This document shows, in pieces, positions 1 through 12,521 of a DNA stretch of 64,000 bases; position 1 is the stretch's first letter, and each line of letters begins with the position of its first letter. This DNA is from Phyllobates terribilis (Eukaryota), in assembly GCF_046119375.1 (NCBI RefSeq), contig NW_027362769.1, positions 366,048,001 to 366,112,000 on the forward strand, in the 5' to 3' direction. The position numbers and the translations under genes were made by a program. The notes beneath the pieces were generated by a model. It did not search any database. It saw only the letters and a program-made list of their open reading frames with translations, and was not told the DNA's origin.

Positions 1-2
1 TC

Positions 3-1985
3 GCTTCTTCCCGGTTCACCGTGTACACGGATAACAACCCGTTGACACACCTGGACACGGCAAGACTCGGTGCCCTGGAGCAGAGGTGGATGGCCCGTCT
101 GTCCAACTACGAGTTCACAATCAAATACCGGGCAGGACGCTCCAATACCAACGCGGACGCCCTGTCCAGGATGCCCAACCTGCCGGACGGAGGAGAAGAT
201 CCGGAGGGACTGGAAGAAGTTGAACTCCCTGCGTTCCACCGTCATGGGACTATCCAGTATTCCCACCGGGTAAGGAGTAAGCAGGCTGCTACGTTGAACC
301 CCTTACCCCACTACAACTGGGCGGAAACGCAAGACAGCGACCCTGCCGTCCGACTGGTGAAGGAGATGCTGACTCGGCCGGAGGCTCGCCTTGAACCAGA
401 CGCTCCGGAGGAAGCCAAACAACTATGGGCAGAGAAGAGTCGACTGTTCCTTTACAAAAGGAAGTTGTGCCGCAGAATGGTTAACTCCCGGACGCATGAA
501 TTACTCTGGCAAGTAGTGGTGCCACGAAGAGACGCAGCCATGGTGATGGAGGCATACCACGACGTAGCTGGACACTTCGGGTGGAAGAAGCTGGAGTTCC
601 TGCTGCGCGAGCGGTTCCACTGGGTAGGCATGAGGGGAACCATCGAGAAGTGGTGCAGAGACTGTGGCCCGTGCAACCTGAGAAGGAAGGACCGTGCCAG
701 CCAGAAGACTCCCCTGCAGTCCATTGTCACCCGGCAACCGTTGGAACTGGTAGCCTTGGATCATGTAAAACTGACCCCAAGCAGAAGTGGCTACGTCTAC
801 GCGTTAACCATCGTGGATCATTACTCCCGGTTTCTGGTTGTCGTCCCCGTCAAGGACTTAACGGCTCAAACAGCAGCTAGAGCCTTCCAGCAGCACTTTT
901 GCCGTCCACACGGGTACCCGGACCAAGTGCTGACGGACCAGGGACCTGCCTTTGAAGCGGAGGTCTTCCAGGAATTCTGCAATCTGTATGGCTGCCGGAA
1001 GATAAGGACGACACCCTACCATCCGCAAACTAATGGACTTTGTGAGAAAATGAACCAGGTGGTAATGGATCTTCTAAAAACGTTGCCCCTGGAAGAACGC
1101 AGTCTGTGGCCTGAGAAGTTGCCCGATCTGGTGGACCTATACAACCACATCCCGGTAGGTTCCACCAACTGTACCCCGGCTTACCTAATGAGGGCAAGAC
1201 CTGGTAAGTTACCTGTTGACCTGGAAATGGGAGTCCTGACACCCGAGGACACTTCACCAGAAACAGACTGGGACACAGAGAGGCAGCAGCAGTACCGGAG
1301 AGTACAGGAGAGCGTGGAGCGAAGTCTCTGTCAGGCTAGGGAAAGACAAGAGAAAACTTACAACCAGTATGGTCCCGCTGTTCCCCTGGTACCCGGAGAG
1401 CAGGTCTTGAAGAGGAAGAGACGGCTCCACAAGTTGGATGACCAGTGGGAGAAGGACCCGTACACCGTACTGCCCTCAAGCCACGAGAACCCGAAGGTTT
1501 GTACCATCAGTAAAGACGGAGGGGAAACCACAGCCATTGTATCCCGGGACCACCTGAAGAAGTGTCCCGAACAACTGAGAAACCCTGAAGAGGAACAAGA
1601 AGACCATCGACCCGTAGAGGAAAGGGAAGATATGGTTAGTACTGTGCTCGGGGACTTCCCTCGGTCTTGGACTCAAGTCAATGGTGCAGTTGTGGTACCC
1701 GTACTCACCTTCCTCCAACCAGCATCCCAAGCACCTACGGAGCAACAGGTAGAGCTGGAAGAACAGCCGGTCCAGGAGGCAGAAGACTCCACACAAGCAG
1801 AACAGGAGGATCAACCCTCTGCTTATAGTGAGCCTGCCGTACCCCTAGTGAGACAAAGAGCCGGTAGACAGCTGCCCAGTTTACCCTTGACAGCTCCTAC
1901 ACCCTGTAGTTCAGGGCTAGACAGTCAGCTCCGTAGGTCCACTAGGGCCACTAGAGGCCAGTTACCCGCACGCTGGAGGATTTGA
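3..1985 (+). CDS. pol: Pol polyprotein C-terminal part: RNase H end, HHCC zinc finger, DDE integrase core, GPY/F-like region (5' partial)
   Basis: YTDNNPL (RNase H), HDVAGHFG...CRDCGPC, LVALDH / LTDQGPAFE / NGLCEKMN, KLDDQWEKDPY; frame open from base 3 with no stops. Confidence 0.95.
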   Translation, partial: ASSRFTVYTDNNPLTHLDTARLGALEQRWMARLSNYEFTIKYRAGRSNTNADALSRMPNLPDGGEDPEGLEEVELPAFHRHGTIQYSHRVRSKQAATLNPLPHYNWAETQDSDPAVRLVKEMLTRPEARLEPDAPEEAKQLWAEKSRLFLYKRKLCRRMVNSRTHELLWQVVVPRRDAAMVMEAYHDVAGHFGWKKLEFLLRERFHWVGMRGTIEKWCRDCGPCNLRRKDRASQKTPLQSIVTRQPLELVALDHVKLTPSRSGYVYALTIVDHYSRFLVVVPVKDLTAQTAARAFQQHFCRPHGYPDQVLTDQGPAFEAEVFQEFCNLYGCRKIRTTPYHPQTNGLCEKMNQVVMDLLKTLPLEERSLWPEKLPDLVDLYNHIPVGSTNCTPAYLMRARPGKLPVDLEMGVLTPEDTSPETDWDTERQQQYRRVQESVERSLCQARERQEKTYNQYGPAVPLVPGEQVLKRKRRLHKLDDQWEKDPYTVLPSSHENPKVCTISKDGGETTAIVSRDHLKKCPEQLRNPEEEQEDHRPVEEREDMVSTVLGDFPRSWTQVNGAVVVPVLTFLQPASQAPTEQQVELEEQPVQEAEDSTQAEQEDQPSAYSEPAVPLVRQRAGRQLPSLPLTAPTPCSSGLDSQLRRSTRATRGQLPARWRI

Positions 1986-2332
1986 AGTGTATAAATTGTT
2001 TTATTTATGTTTATCTGTGTATTGTTGCTTGTGTATAATTTTGTGTTTCCAGTTATTTTTAGGAATCCTTGGTGGATTTACTGGGAATCCTGTGTACATA
2101 GTTGGAGCGTAACCCAGGATGGACTAGAGACTGTTAAGGACTCGGGGTAGGACAGGCCCCTACCTGGTTACGTCTCCCTGTTTTGGTGAAATGGACACCT
2201 TGCTTTCTTCAAAGACTGCACCCGGTTACGGACACGCCGTGACCAGCTTTATGTGTTTCCTTATTGTAATGTTATTGTTTATACTTTGTTATGTTACAAA
2301 AATATGTTTAGTCCCGGAGTACTAAATTTCAC

Positions 2333-2342
2333 TAGGGGGGAA
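2333..2342 (+). promoter_or_regulatory. Polypurine tract of the Gypsy element
   Basis: TAGGGGGGAA directly abuts the LTR start TGTGGCACCCC; same arrangement as at 13189-13198 on the minus strand. Confidence 0.85.
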
Positions 2343-3336
2343 TGTGGCACCCCAGGGGTCTGGTTTTCCACAGTAATGTAATGTTATGTCTGAGAGCAGG
2401 TGGGAGGTCCTTTGGTCAGGGATCCTGTGCATGCCACACCTCCTGCCCAGTCTTGGGAGGGGAAGAACTTCCCCTGTATAAACCCTGGGCTGAGGCAGGG
2501 TTAGTCAGTCAAGGAGAGTAGAGACAAGAAACAGTCACAGGAAGAAACAGCAGAAGCTCAGTGGGAGCAATACTACTACAAGTCAGGGGCTGGCAGCTGC
2601 AGAGCTCGCCCTGACTGAGAAGCTTTCTTACCGGACCCGGCGTCCGAGGCTGTGGGGACTAACTCTTACCCAGCAGCAGAAGCCGACCGGCAGGGGATTT
2701 CAGGTCCTCAGGCCCAGAAACCCGAAGGCACGGTCACACGCGTGGGACCAGCACCGCCATCGTGGAGCGGAAGCCATTAGAAGGCCCCGAGTCACCGGCC
2801 ATACGGGTGAGTACCACACGGTACACTCAGGGACGTGGGCTACTCATATCCGCTTCTAGCAAGGTAGCCAGAAGAGTACAGTCAGTTTGGGAGGCCTACA
2901 ACTCCGCCTGGCCAGGGGAGATCCCATCTGCTCAAGGACTGACCAGGCCCCGTTCACTAGCAAGTACTCCGGGAGGGTCTATCGTTGTTACCAGTAAAGA
3001 CCCTGAATTACACCGCACCGTCTCTGAGTGGTTCCTGCTACCCCCATCATCCACATCTGCTGCCCTGAGGCCATACCCCTCCCGTTGGGGGTTATACCAT
3101 CTACGCTGCACCATCCATCCACCGGCCTCAGCGGACTGTCCTGCAGCGGCAGCTCCATAGCTGCATTCAACGGGTGGCGTAGTCGTCCTGCATCTACCGC
3201 TGTTACATCGCCGCTCAGTTTGACTCCCTGGGCACGGACCGGGTCACCGCCACGAGACTACAACCCTCAAGAGATCCGGCTCCGGGTAAGCTCCCGCGTG
3301 TGCAACGCAGCGCGACACAGGCCCAGGGGCGCGTCA
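2343..3336 (+). mobile_element. 3' LTR (~994 bp)
   Basis: TGTGGCACCCC...CCCAGGGGCGCGTCA termini; TATAAA at 2477, AGTAAA at 2993; U5 end homologous to the other LTRs in the window. Confidence 0.9.
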
Positions 3337-3850
3337 ATTGCAATCAGCCCCCTATGTGGATCATCTACTGATGTGGATACGTATTCACCCCCAATACTCT
3401 GCACATACGGGGTGTACTTATATTACAGGTCAGGGAGGTGGCGGTCAGCGGAGGCCATCGCCTGTGTTACCCTTCTGGGCTCTCAGCAGCTCCAGGTCGT
3501 CCCCACATCGTACAATCCGCTTCCTGTACGATGGATATTGTAGTAAAGATCCCTGTGATGGTGACAAGAGCCGGGAATAGGAGGAACAAGCTCCCGCAGC
3601 AGTTTTATCTTCCCGGATACACAGTGATGCGCAGATCGGGAGGACGAAGGCGATGATCCCGGGACCTCCTCTCGGCTCTTTCCCGGCATTTCTGCTGGTG
3701 ACGGCTACAAACGGTCAGTGGAGATGATGGAGAAGAGGAAGCGACAGAGAAAGCGCGCTCTGCTGTCCGGTGTTAGCCGGTAAAGGGCTTTTATCCCGGG
3801 CAGGGAAGCACAAGGGGAGAGCGGAGCTCCACTCGGGATCAGCTAGAAGG

Positions 3851-3940
3851 AGGCGGGGCCTGTGCTCAGTGTCAGCCAATAGATGCTCAGGACGATGCAG
3901 CTCAGCAGCCAATCAGTGCGCAGTAAGCCTGTACATATAA
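3851..3940 (+). promoter_or_regulatory. H1 proximal promoter (GC box, two CCAAT boxes, TATA-like)
   Basis: AGGCGGGGCC 3851, CCAAT 3876 and 3909, TATAA 3936-3940. Confidence 0.6.
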
Positions 3941-4011
3941 CAGGCGCCTCCAGCTCCGGTCTCAGCGTTTTCCTATCAGGAGATATTTGTGTTCTAGTTC
4001 CGCAGCACACG

Positions 4012-4665
4012 ATGGCAGAGACCGCACCAGCCGCCGCTCCCCCTCCCGCAGAACCGGCCGCCAAATCCAAGAAGCAGCCGAAGAAATCCGCCGCCGGGGG
4101 CGCCAAGAAAAGCAAGAAACTCTCCGGTCCCGGCGTCTCCGATCTGATCGTGAAAGCCGTGTCCGCCTCTAAGGAGCGCAGTGGCGTGTCTCTGGCCGCC
4201 CTGAAGAAGGCTCTGTCTGCCGGAGGATACGATGTAGAGAAGAACAACAGCCGCCTGAAGCTGGCCGTCAAGTCTCTGGTCATCAAGGGCGCCCTCCTCC
4301 AGGTGAAGGGCAGCGGCGCCTCCGGGTCCTTCAAGCTGAACAAGAAGCAGCAGGAGACTAAGGACAAAGCGGCCAAGAAGTCAGCAGCTGCGGCCAAGCC
4401 CAAGAAACCCGCTGCAGCCAAGAAAGCCGCCAAGTCTCCGAAGAAGCCCAAGAAGGCTCCGACCGCGGCCAAGAAGAGCCCGAAAAAGGCCAAGAAGCCC
4501 GCAACAGCTGCCAAGAAGGCGGCCAAGAGCCCCAAGAAGCCAAAGGCCGCTCCAAAGCCCAAGAAGGTGACGAAGAGTCCGGCTAAGAAAGCTGCTAAAC
4601 CCAAAGCTGCCAAGAGTCCTGCTAAGAAGGCAACTAAAGCCAAGAAGCCCGCAGCTAAGAAATAA
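4012..4665 (+). CDS. H1: Replication-dependent linker histone H1 (217 aa)
   Basis: MAETAPAA start, globular domain ([13 protein letters not shown]...GVSLAALKK...[14 protein letters not shown]), K/A/P tail with KSPKK motifs, intronless, 3' stem-loop; the ATG at 3883 in the ORF track lies upstream of the TATA box. Confidence 0.97.
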   Translation: MAETAPAAAPPPAEPAAKSKKQPKKSAAGGAKKSKKLSGPGVSDLIVKAVSASKERSGVSLAALKKALSAGGYDVEKNNSRLKLAVKSLVIKGALLQVKGSGASGSFKLNKKQQETKDKAAKKSAAAAKPKKPAAAKKAAKSPKKPKKAPTAAKKSPKKAKKPATAAKKAAKSPKKPKAAPKPKKVTKSPAKKAAKPKAAKSPAKKATKAKKPAAKK

Positions 4666-4695
4666 TCCAAAGCCGCCCTGTTATTACCCCACAAA

Positions 4696-4711
4696 GGCTC
4701 TTTTCAGAGCC
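4696..4711 (+). terminator. Histone 3' stem-loop (H1)
   Basis: AAA-GGCTCTTTTCAGAGCC-ACC, canonical SLBP site. Confidence 0.97.
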
Positions 4712-5038
4712 ACCACCTTGTCCCCTGCAGAGCTGTATAATCAGTGCCACCACCTTGTCCCCTGCAGAGCTGTATGATCAGTGCCACCACCTTGTCCCCT
4801 GCAGAGCTGTATGATCAGTGCCACCACCTTGTCCCCTACAGCTGTATGATCAGTGCCACCACCTTGTCCCCTACAGCTGTATGATCAGTGCCACCACCTT
4901 GTCCCCGGCAGAGCTGTATGATCAGTGCCATCATCTTGTCCCCGGCAGAGCTGTATGATCAGTGCCACCACCTTGTCCCCGGCAGAGCTGTATGATCAGT
5001 GCCACCACCTTGTCCCCGGCAGAGCTGTATGATCAGTG
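4710..5038 (+). repeat. Nine tandem 35-37-bp units containing the H1 cleavage site and downstream element
   Basis: Unit CCACCACCTTGTCCCC(T/G)GCAGAGCTGTATGATCAGTG starts at 4710, 4747, 4784, 4821, 4856, 4891, 4928, 4965, 5002. Confidence 0.95.
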
Positions 5039-5634
5039 CCCGTATATCCTGCCTCTTCTAGATTATAGTGTGTACAGGGAGCGGCTCCAGTGTTATAATG
5101 AATAAGCTTTTCCCCACATCTCCGCATAGAGCTGCGCTGTGTCCCGATCACACCAGTGCAGGTGACCGATCAGTGTAATCAATGGAGGGAAGGGGCCGAT
5201 GTCCTACAGAAATCTACATCATCCTAATCAATCACCACTTGTAACCTGCGTCTTTATTAGTGAAAGGATTAGTGTGCGGTTATTACTTCGATGAGAGAAT
5301 TGGAGAACCAGTGATTTGACTGATGATAGAGTAGACCCTGTACAGCTCCGTGTACTGGTGACATAGAACAGTGACGACGGCGGCTCTTGCTGTAGAAGCC
5401 GCATGTAGACATGGTGTGACCCTGTGCCAGTATCCGCAGCCAGAAAAGAGTGTGAACAGAGACCCTGCCCCTCTTTATGAGGGCGGGATTACTGGGTGTT
5501 GGGTTGATTTCGTGAATAATGATTGGTCGCAGACATCACACGTGTTTTGGCGGCTCATGTTAATTTATGAACTAGCCAATAGAGTTGTAGGGAGCGTGTT
5601 CACATGACGCGCTAACAGGAGCAGAGGAGTATAA

Positions 5635-6099
<465 letters not shown>

Positions 6100-6130
6100 A
6101 TCCGTCCTACACTTCTGACTATAACACAAA

Positions 6131-6146
6131 GGCTCTTTTCAGAGCC
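6131..6146 (+). terminator. Histone 3' stem-loop (H3)
   Basis: GGCTCTTTTCAGAGCC followed by ACC and a GAGCTG downstream element. Confidence 0.97.
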
Positions 6147-8109
6147 ACCAAATCCTCCATAATAACGAGCTGATCCCTCACATCTGCTTCATATTCTGCT
6201 GAGTGTTCACTTGTGCTCAGTAACATCAGGGGCGCTCAGTTCTCTTCTCAGTCTGCAGTTGGTATCTGGGGGGATTATTCCCTCCAATGCAGTTATAAGG
6301 GTGTGTAGAAATGATTGATTACTACACGAAGTACATTCTACTCATTCAACCACTTAATATTCGTATCCCCACTAGTTTTCGCACCGATCCTGCCGCACAT
6401 CCAATAATATCAGCTTTATATAATGTATTAGGAGTCTGGACTGTGTTTTGAAGGGATAAATGCGCAGATTTCTTGGTGTATATGATGCGATCATTATAGG
6501 ACGTCCATTATCCAGCGCTATCTCCTGTGAACACTCGCTGACTCCTATCAGCCGCACGGGTCTGATCCTGAAAACGCATCAGGATTAAGAGACTAATATC
6601 CTCTGCAGCTCTGTAGTAGGTTTATCTAGATAATATTAACCTACATTTTATAAAATCCCCACCTCCTTCTTTCAAAGTTCTCTGTAAACTGCAGTATCTC
6701 GTTTCTTTATATTCCCGGCATATTGCTGGTGTGATGGAGTCACCATTGTTAGAATCAGTTCTGCACTTTGTGTTTATAGAAAGCGGATACTGTTCCCTGG
6801 ATCCTGGAAAATGATAGAAATTCCTGTATGGAACCAAGAGACCATTGATCGCTCAACACAAGCAAATTTCCTGATATCCGACAGTCCTGAAACTACGTGA
6901 TCCAGAAGGACAGAAAAAGCCTTCAGCCCCTGAGCGGGAACTTCCTATTCGGTAACTACTAACATTAGCTCCTCCCCTTCCTCTGCTGATTGGCTGAACA
7001 CAGGACGTTAGGGAGTTTGAATTTCCCGCTCCTTGGAGTTTCCGCAGCTTCTACATGTAATTGTGTTACTACTTCTGCTGTGAAGAGAAGTGTCCGGTCT
7101 ATAGATAAACTCCACTGAGCACATTCATGTAATCACCTTCCAGATCACAGTGTATTCTCCATTGGATATGGGACCACTGGAATGAGAATCAATCAGCTGC
7201 TCAGTGATTTTGTTATTTATACGGTTCCTTTTTTATTTGACCTGAGCTGTTGTCATTATCTTCTACATGAAAATAACAAATGTTCTCTAAATGCAAATCT
7301 TCATATGAAGAAACAAGTGATATCTGAGTTTTATGATCTCTGACAATTACAATACAAGTGTTATTAGGAGAAAGTAAATATTGTCATTTCTGATGAGCGG
7401 AAAATCCCAGTGGTGGCAAAATATTAAGTTTTATAATTCTGTTCCCAATTGATAACAGTACTGTCCTGCCATTATCGTTTGCAGGAAGAGACCCTCTGTA
7501 AGCCAGACTGAGGGGATTCCCGGCTTATGAGCTGGTGTCAGTATCGGAGCAGTGCTGCTGACCGCGGCTTCCTCCCTGCACTGTCCTTAGAAGAGGCAAT
7601 AATCCTGGCTGCCACAATCCTCCTCAAATCACCGCACCCCAAGAGCAATTCTATCTGAAGTGACAAGCCCATCTTAGAAATGTCAGAGCTCAGTCAGGAT
7701 CCTATAGATTAGTCACCGGGAGCAGCCAGAATGTCACATGTAGATTGTACAGAATGCACGGGATGATGAGGGGAGTAGTAAGGTGCGGAAATGACCCTTC
7801 CTGGACATTAGTGAATAGCATGTTACGAATATGCTGGTATGATGGAAGTGGGGGTTAATCACTGTCAGTGCCGTTACAGGTATATTCAGCAGTGATCTGA
7901 TGTTTCTATATGAAGTGTAGATCACTTGCAGCTGGTGTCGTGTCTGCCCTTTTATTTACAGACTGTTTTTGAAACATTTCTCATCACAGGTAAAACATAT
8001 ATAATTAGAAGCTGCGGAAACTGCACAACGAGCGAGAAATTCAAACTCCCCAACAGTTCTGTGTTCAGCCAATCAGCAGAGGAAGGAGGAGCTAATGTCG
8101 ATTCTGTAA

Positions 8110-8535
<426 letters not shown>

Positions 8536-8567
8536 TTGTGTTCTCTGCTCCATCCTGACAACCCAAA

Positions 8568-8583
8568 GGCTCTTTTCAGAGCC
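8568..8583 (+). terminator. Histone 3' stem-loop (H4)
   Basis: GGCTCTTTTCAGAGCC-ACC. Confidence 0.97.
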
Positions 8584-9427
8584 ACCACATCTTCTAAGTG
8601 AGAGGCTACAATCTCCTGTGGAGTAATAATCCCTGTGCTTGTGTGAATGCCAGTACAAGCTTTATACGCTGTTCGAGTTAAAAATGTTCACTCATTGATA
8701 ACTGAGGATACTTGCACTGAAGGGATGAGTTTGTTGTGGTTGGAGTGATGTATAGTATTTGACGGGCTGATTGCGTTCCTTACAGCAATCTGTAGATATC
8801 CCGAGTTATGGAAGCAGTATCAGCTTTCTTTAATACAAGATACGCAACTGCTCCCATCAGTAGTGATGTTCCGAGTGCTGCTTACAGAATGGAAACATAA
8901 GATCCTGTGATTGAGGACGGGGCTTGTATCAGGCTCAGTGTATATGGAGGCCGCTGAAGGTTCATGACCTCACAAATGATTAGTGGAGAACCATCCTCTT
9001 TTCGATAAGAACCATTACCGTGTTCGGGGAAAGCTGCTCTGCGCTGTATTCTCAGAGGGGTAGAGCTGTGCTCAGACCGCATTGCTCAGATTGCGATCTC
9101 CGCTACAAGCAGAGGGGCGGGTAATAATCCGACGCACAAAGAAAGATTGCGCGGGAGACTCAAAACCACCAATTACAGACATCTCAGCAGGCGCCAACCA
9201 ATACCAGATACAAGTGTTTTCTCCACCGTTTAACTCTCTATTAGCCGGGTCACTAAAATTAGTATCTGCGCTACGAAATATAGCAGGATCAACCTATTTA
9301 ATGCTTTACATTTCTGATCTACAGTAAATCATACAGTAGAACATAGAATAGATCGTGTTGTTCTCTCTATATAGTGTGGACCATCGCCTGCTATCAGCGG
9401 TGCCGGCTCTGATGAGGAGGATGTGGT

Positions 9428-9443
9428 GGCTCTTAGAAGAGCC
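9428..9443 (-). terminator. Histone 3' stem-loop (H2A)
   Basis: Minus strand AAA-GGCTCTTCTAAGAGCC-ACC (loop TCTA fits UYUN). Confidence 0.93.
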
Positions 9444-9477
9444 TTTGGTTGTTCGGACAGATGTGGAGGAGCGGCGC

Positions 9478-9951
<474 letters not shown>

Positions 9952-12521
9952 TTATCATTGGATGGATCTGAAGCCGCCAATGGAGAGCAGACGTGTGGAA
10001 ACACCAATAAGACGCAGCGGGCGCAGCTTACACAGGTCACGTGACTTTTTGTCCATGAGTTTGAAGTTCCCGCTCAGTGGCTGATGGCTTTTCTGTTCTT
10101 TGTCCCCATATAACACGAGGTTCTATGACCGACTTATATTGGTCGTTTACATCCCATACAGGAGTCTGGAGATTTTAGTTGAGCAGTCTCCGCTTTCTAT
10201 AATACAAGACCCGGGGTCAGGGATGCTTCGGTTTCCTTTCATAGATATATAGAGTGAATCAGCCAAAAGCTGTGATGTGCCCCGTGTGTCTGACCTCCCT
10301 TTATACGATATACTAGCCAGGGACGCATCCTACATGCGATATTTCAGGGAAGACCAATTCTGCTTTGACCCCACCATATCCCCCCGATCATCTCCCCAGT
10401 AGTTTAATCCAGTAATTCATGTACAGATCAATTGTACAGCTACAGGGAGGAAGTGTGTGACAGGACATGTACGATCATGTATTGCAGATTCCTCAGAAAA
10501 TTACACTGTTGTCCGGATCCCATAGGTCAGACATGCAGTTAGGTTATCGGTCATCACACCCTCACAGGAGCTTTATTCCTTTTCTATAGATTCCTGCTCC
10601 GTTACTGCTCGTTCTTCTGCTCTTTCACTTGTCCTCCTCCCCTTTATCCAGTGTCAGGACGGGCGGCTCTCGGGCAATATATCCACATGTAGAAGCTCCA
10701 AGAATGAAGAGGAGAACAATGAATCCCTTGTTAAGAGGAGAAATATCCCAATACAATCTCTAGATAACTTCCTCTAATACCAGATGTAGCGATGTATAAC
10801 GAATATAGGGGATCTCGGTGACACATTGAGAAAACAAACAATAAGACTCAGATCTGAGCATCAATCTCCATCTGTATAATAACAACGATGAAAATAGTAA
10901 GTCCATTAAAGATCAGAGAACTTTAGTAGTCTGGAAAGAAAAGTGTTAATATACTATAAGATGAAATCACTGCGGAAGTGCAGAGAGCTCCGATCACCAA
11001 TCTGATTGTAAGAAGATGAAGTCTCCCCGGGGAGAAGTGGCCTCTGTGCTGTCAGTGCAGCTGCCGCCTCTTACAGGTTGTTGTTCCTGCAGGATATGGG
11101 GAGATATTAGCGTCTGGGCTCAATCAGGAAGACGGATGAGATGAGATCTTGGTTCTGGATCCTTTTCTATCATTATATGTATAATAAATTATGTTTCTAA
11201 TGCAGATTGTAGAGAATAAATGATACAGCAGAAACATGGACAGCAGTAAGAAGTTTCTGACATTTGCAATCTGTCACCAAGTCATAACTCTGCAGCAATG
11301 TCATACATGATAGATACCTCTGTGCACACAGTACATAGCTCTCTGTGCTGCGATTACTACACAGCAGAAATCCTATCATACTGCAGTCAGATGAATGTGT
11401 TGATCTTGATATTAACAGGATCAGATACGATTGTGTTGTAGAGGCAGCGAATACTCGCAGGGAATGTGTCCGTATGAGGCAGCTGGATGGACGCCCTGTG
11501 TAGCCGGAATACGGACGTCTGTGTGATGACCGCGTCCTGGGCACTGGAGTCTCGGATGGATGGCGGCCTCAAAAGGTTAATAACCTCCCAGAATAATAAC
11601 AAGGCCGGCACATCCTCCACCTGCCGATCAGGAGAACGATCACATTTGTTCGGGGGCAGACCGCTCTGGAGGAGAGGACCCTGTATTCTCAGCGGGGTAG
11701 AGCTGCCCCCAGACCGGATTGCTCAAATTGCGATCTCCGCTATTAACAGGAGTCGTTAATAAATAATCCGGAGGACAAAGAACAACGATTGAGCGGGAAT
11801 TTCAAAATCACCAACGGATCTGTGATCAGCCAATGACTGACAGACATCCTCAGGCACCGACCAATACCGGATACAAGTATTTCCTCCATTTAACTCCTCA
11901 GTGGCCGTGTGTCTGCTTATTCACCCCTGAATTATACTGGTGCCTTGTCTGCTCCCCCAGCCCATGCTGAGTTCGGTCCCACTCATCCATTATGTGGCAG
12001 ATGATAAATACAAACTATCTTGGGATGAACAACTGGATTCTGATACATGAGATCTTCAGGATCAGACCCGTGCGGGTGATAGGGGAGAGCGAGTGTTCAC
12101 AGGAAATGTCCCAGCTGTAGATGGACGCCGTGTAATGACCCGGTCCTGTGCACTAAGACCCCGGCATAACACCCATCAGGCTGCTGGTAGATTATGTGAG
12201 GATATGGTCTCACTATCCATATTTGTAAGCCAAACCAGGAGAGTGATAAATGCAGAATATATGCACTGGTATGTATTATACCTTTTCTCTGATTGCTCCT
12301 CATCTGGTTTTGGCTTCCAAATACTCAAGAAAAAGACTGACAAAATACTGATCATGTGACAGTAGCATTATTCGGTCTGTGGTAGGATCGGCGGGGACAA
12401 TAGCGCCACAGATATTAAAGAGCTGTAGAGGATAATACGTGACTGGTGTAATATCTAATGTCTGTACTCATGGTGTAATGTGCACTAGTTACATATTAGC
12501 CTGTATGTGGTATAATATATA

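Larger units (their letters stand above)
1..3336 (+). mobile_element. 3' portion of a Ty3/Gypsy LTR retrotransposon (pol end, 3' UTR, PPT, 3' LTR); 5' part lies outside the window
   Basis: RNase H followed by integrase (Gypsy order), then a U-rich UTR, purine tract AGGGGGGAA and a TG...CA LTR. Confidence 0.95.

Noticed and set aside
1500-1985. Chromodomain at the integrase C-terminus
   Set aside because: The tail is acidic and Pro/Gln-rich, with no aromatic-cage chromodomain pattern
3843-4694. 283-aa antisense ORF over H1, and similar antisense ORFs over H3, H4 and H2A
   Set aside because: Shadow ORFs from biased GC-rich histone codon usage
4710-5038. 37-bp repeats as a CRISPR array
   Set aside because: Units are head-to-tail with no unique spacers, no cas genes, and the context is eukaryotic
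11964-12050. ATGCTGAG... as a decayed H2B start after the orphan promoter module
   Set aside because: Only about 8 nt resemble ATGCCTGAG and no further H2B similarity could be traced
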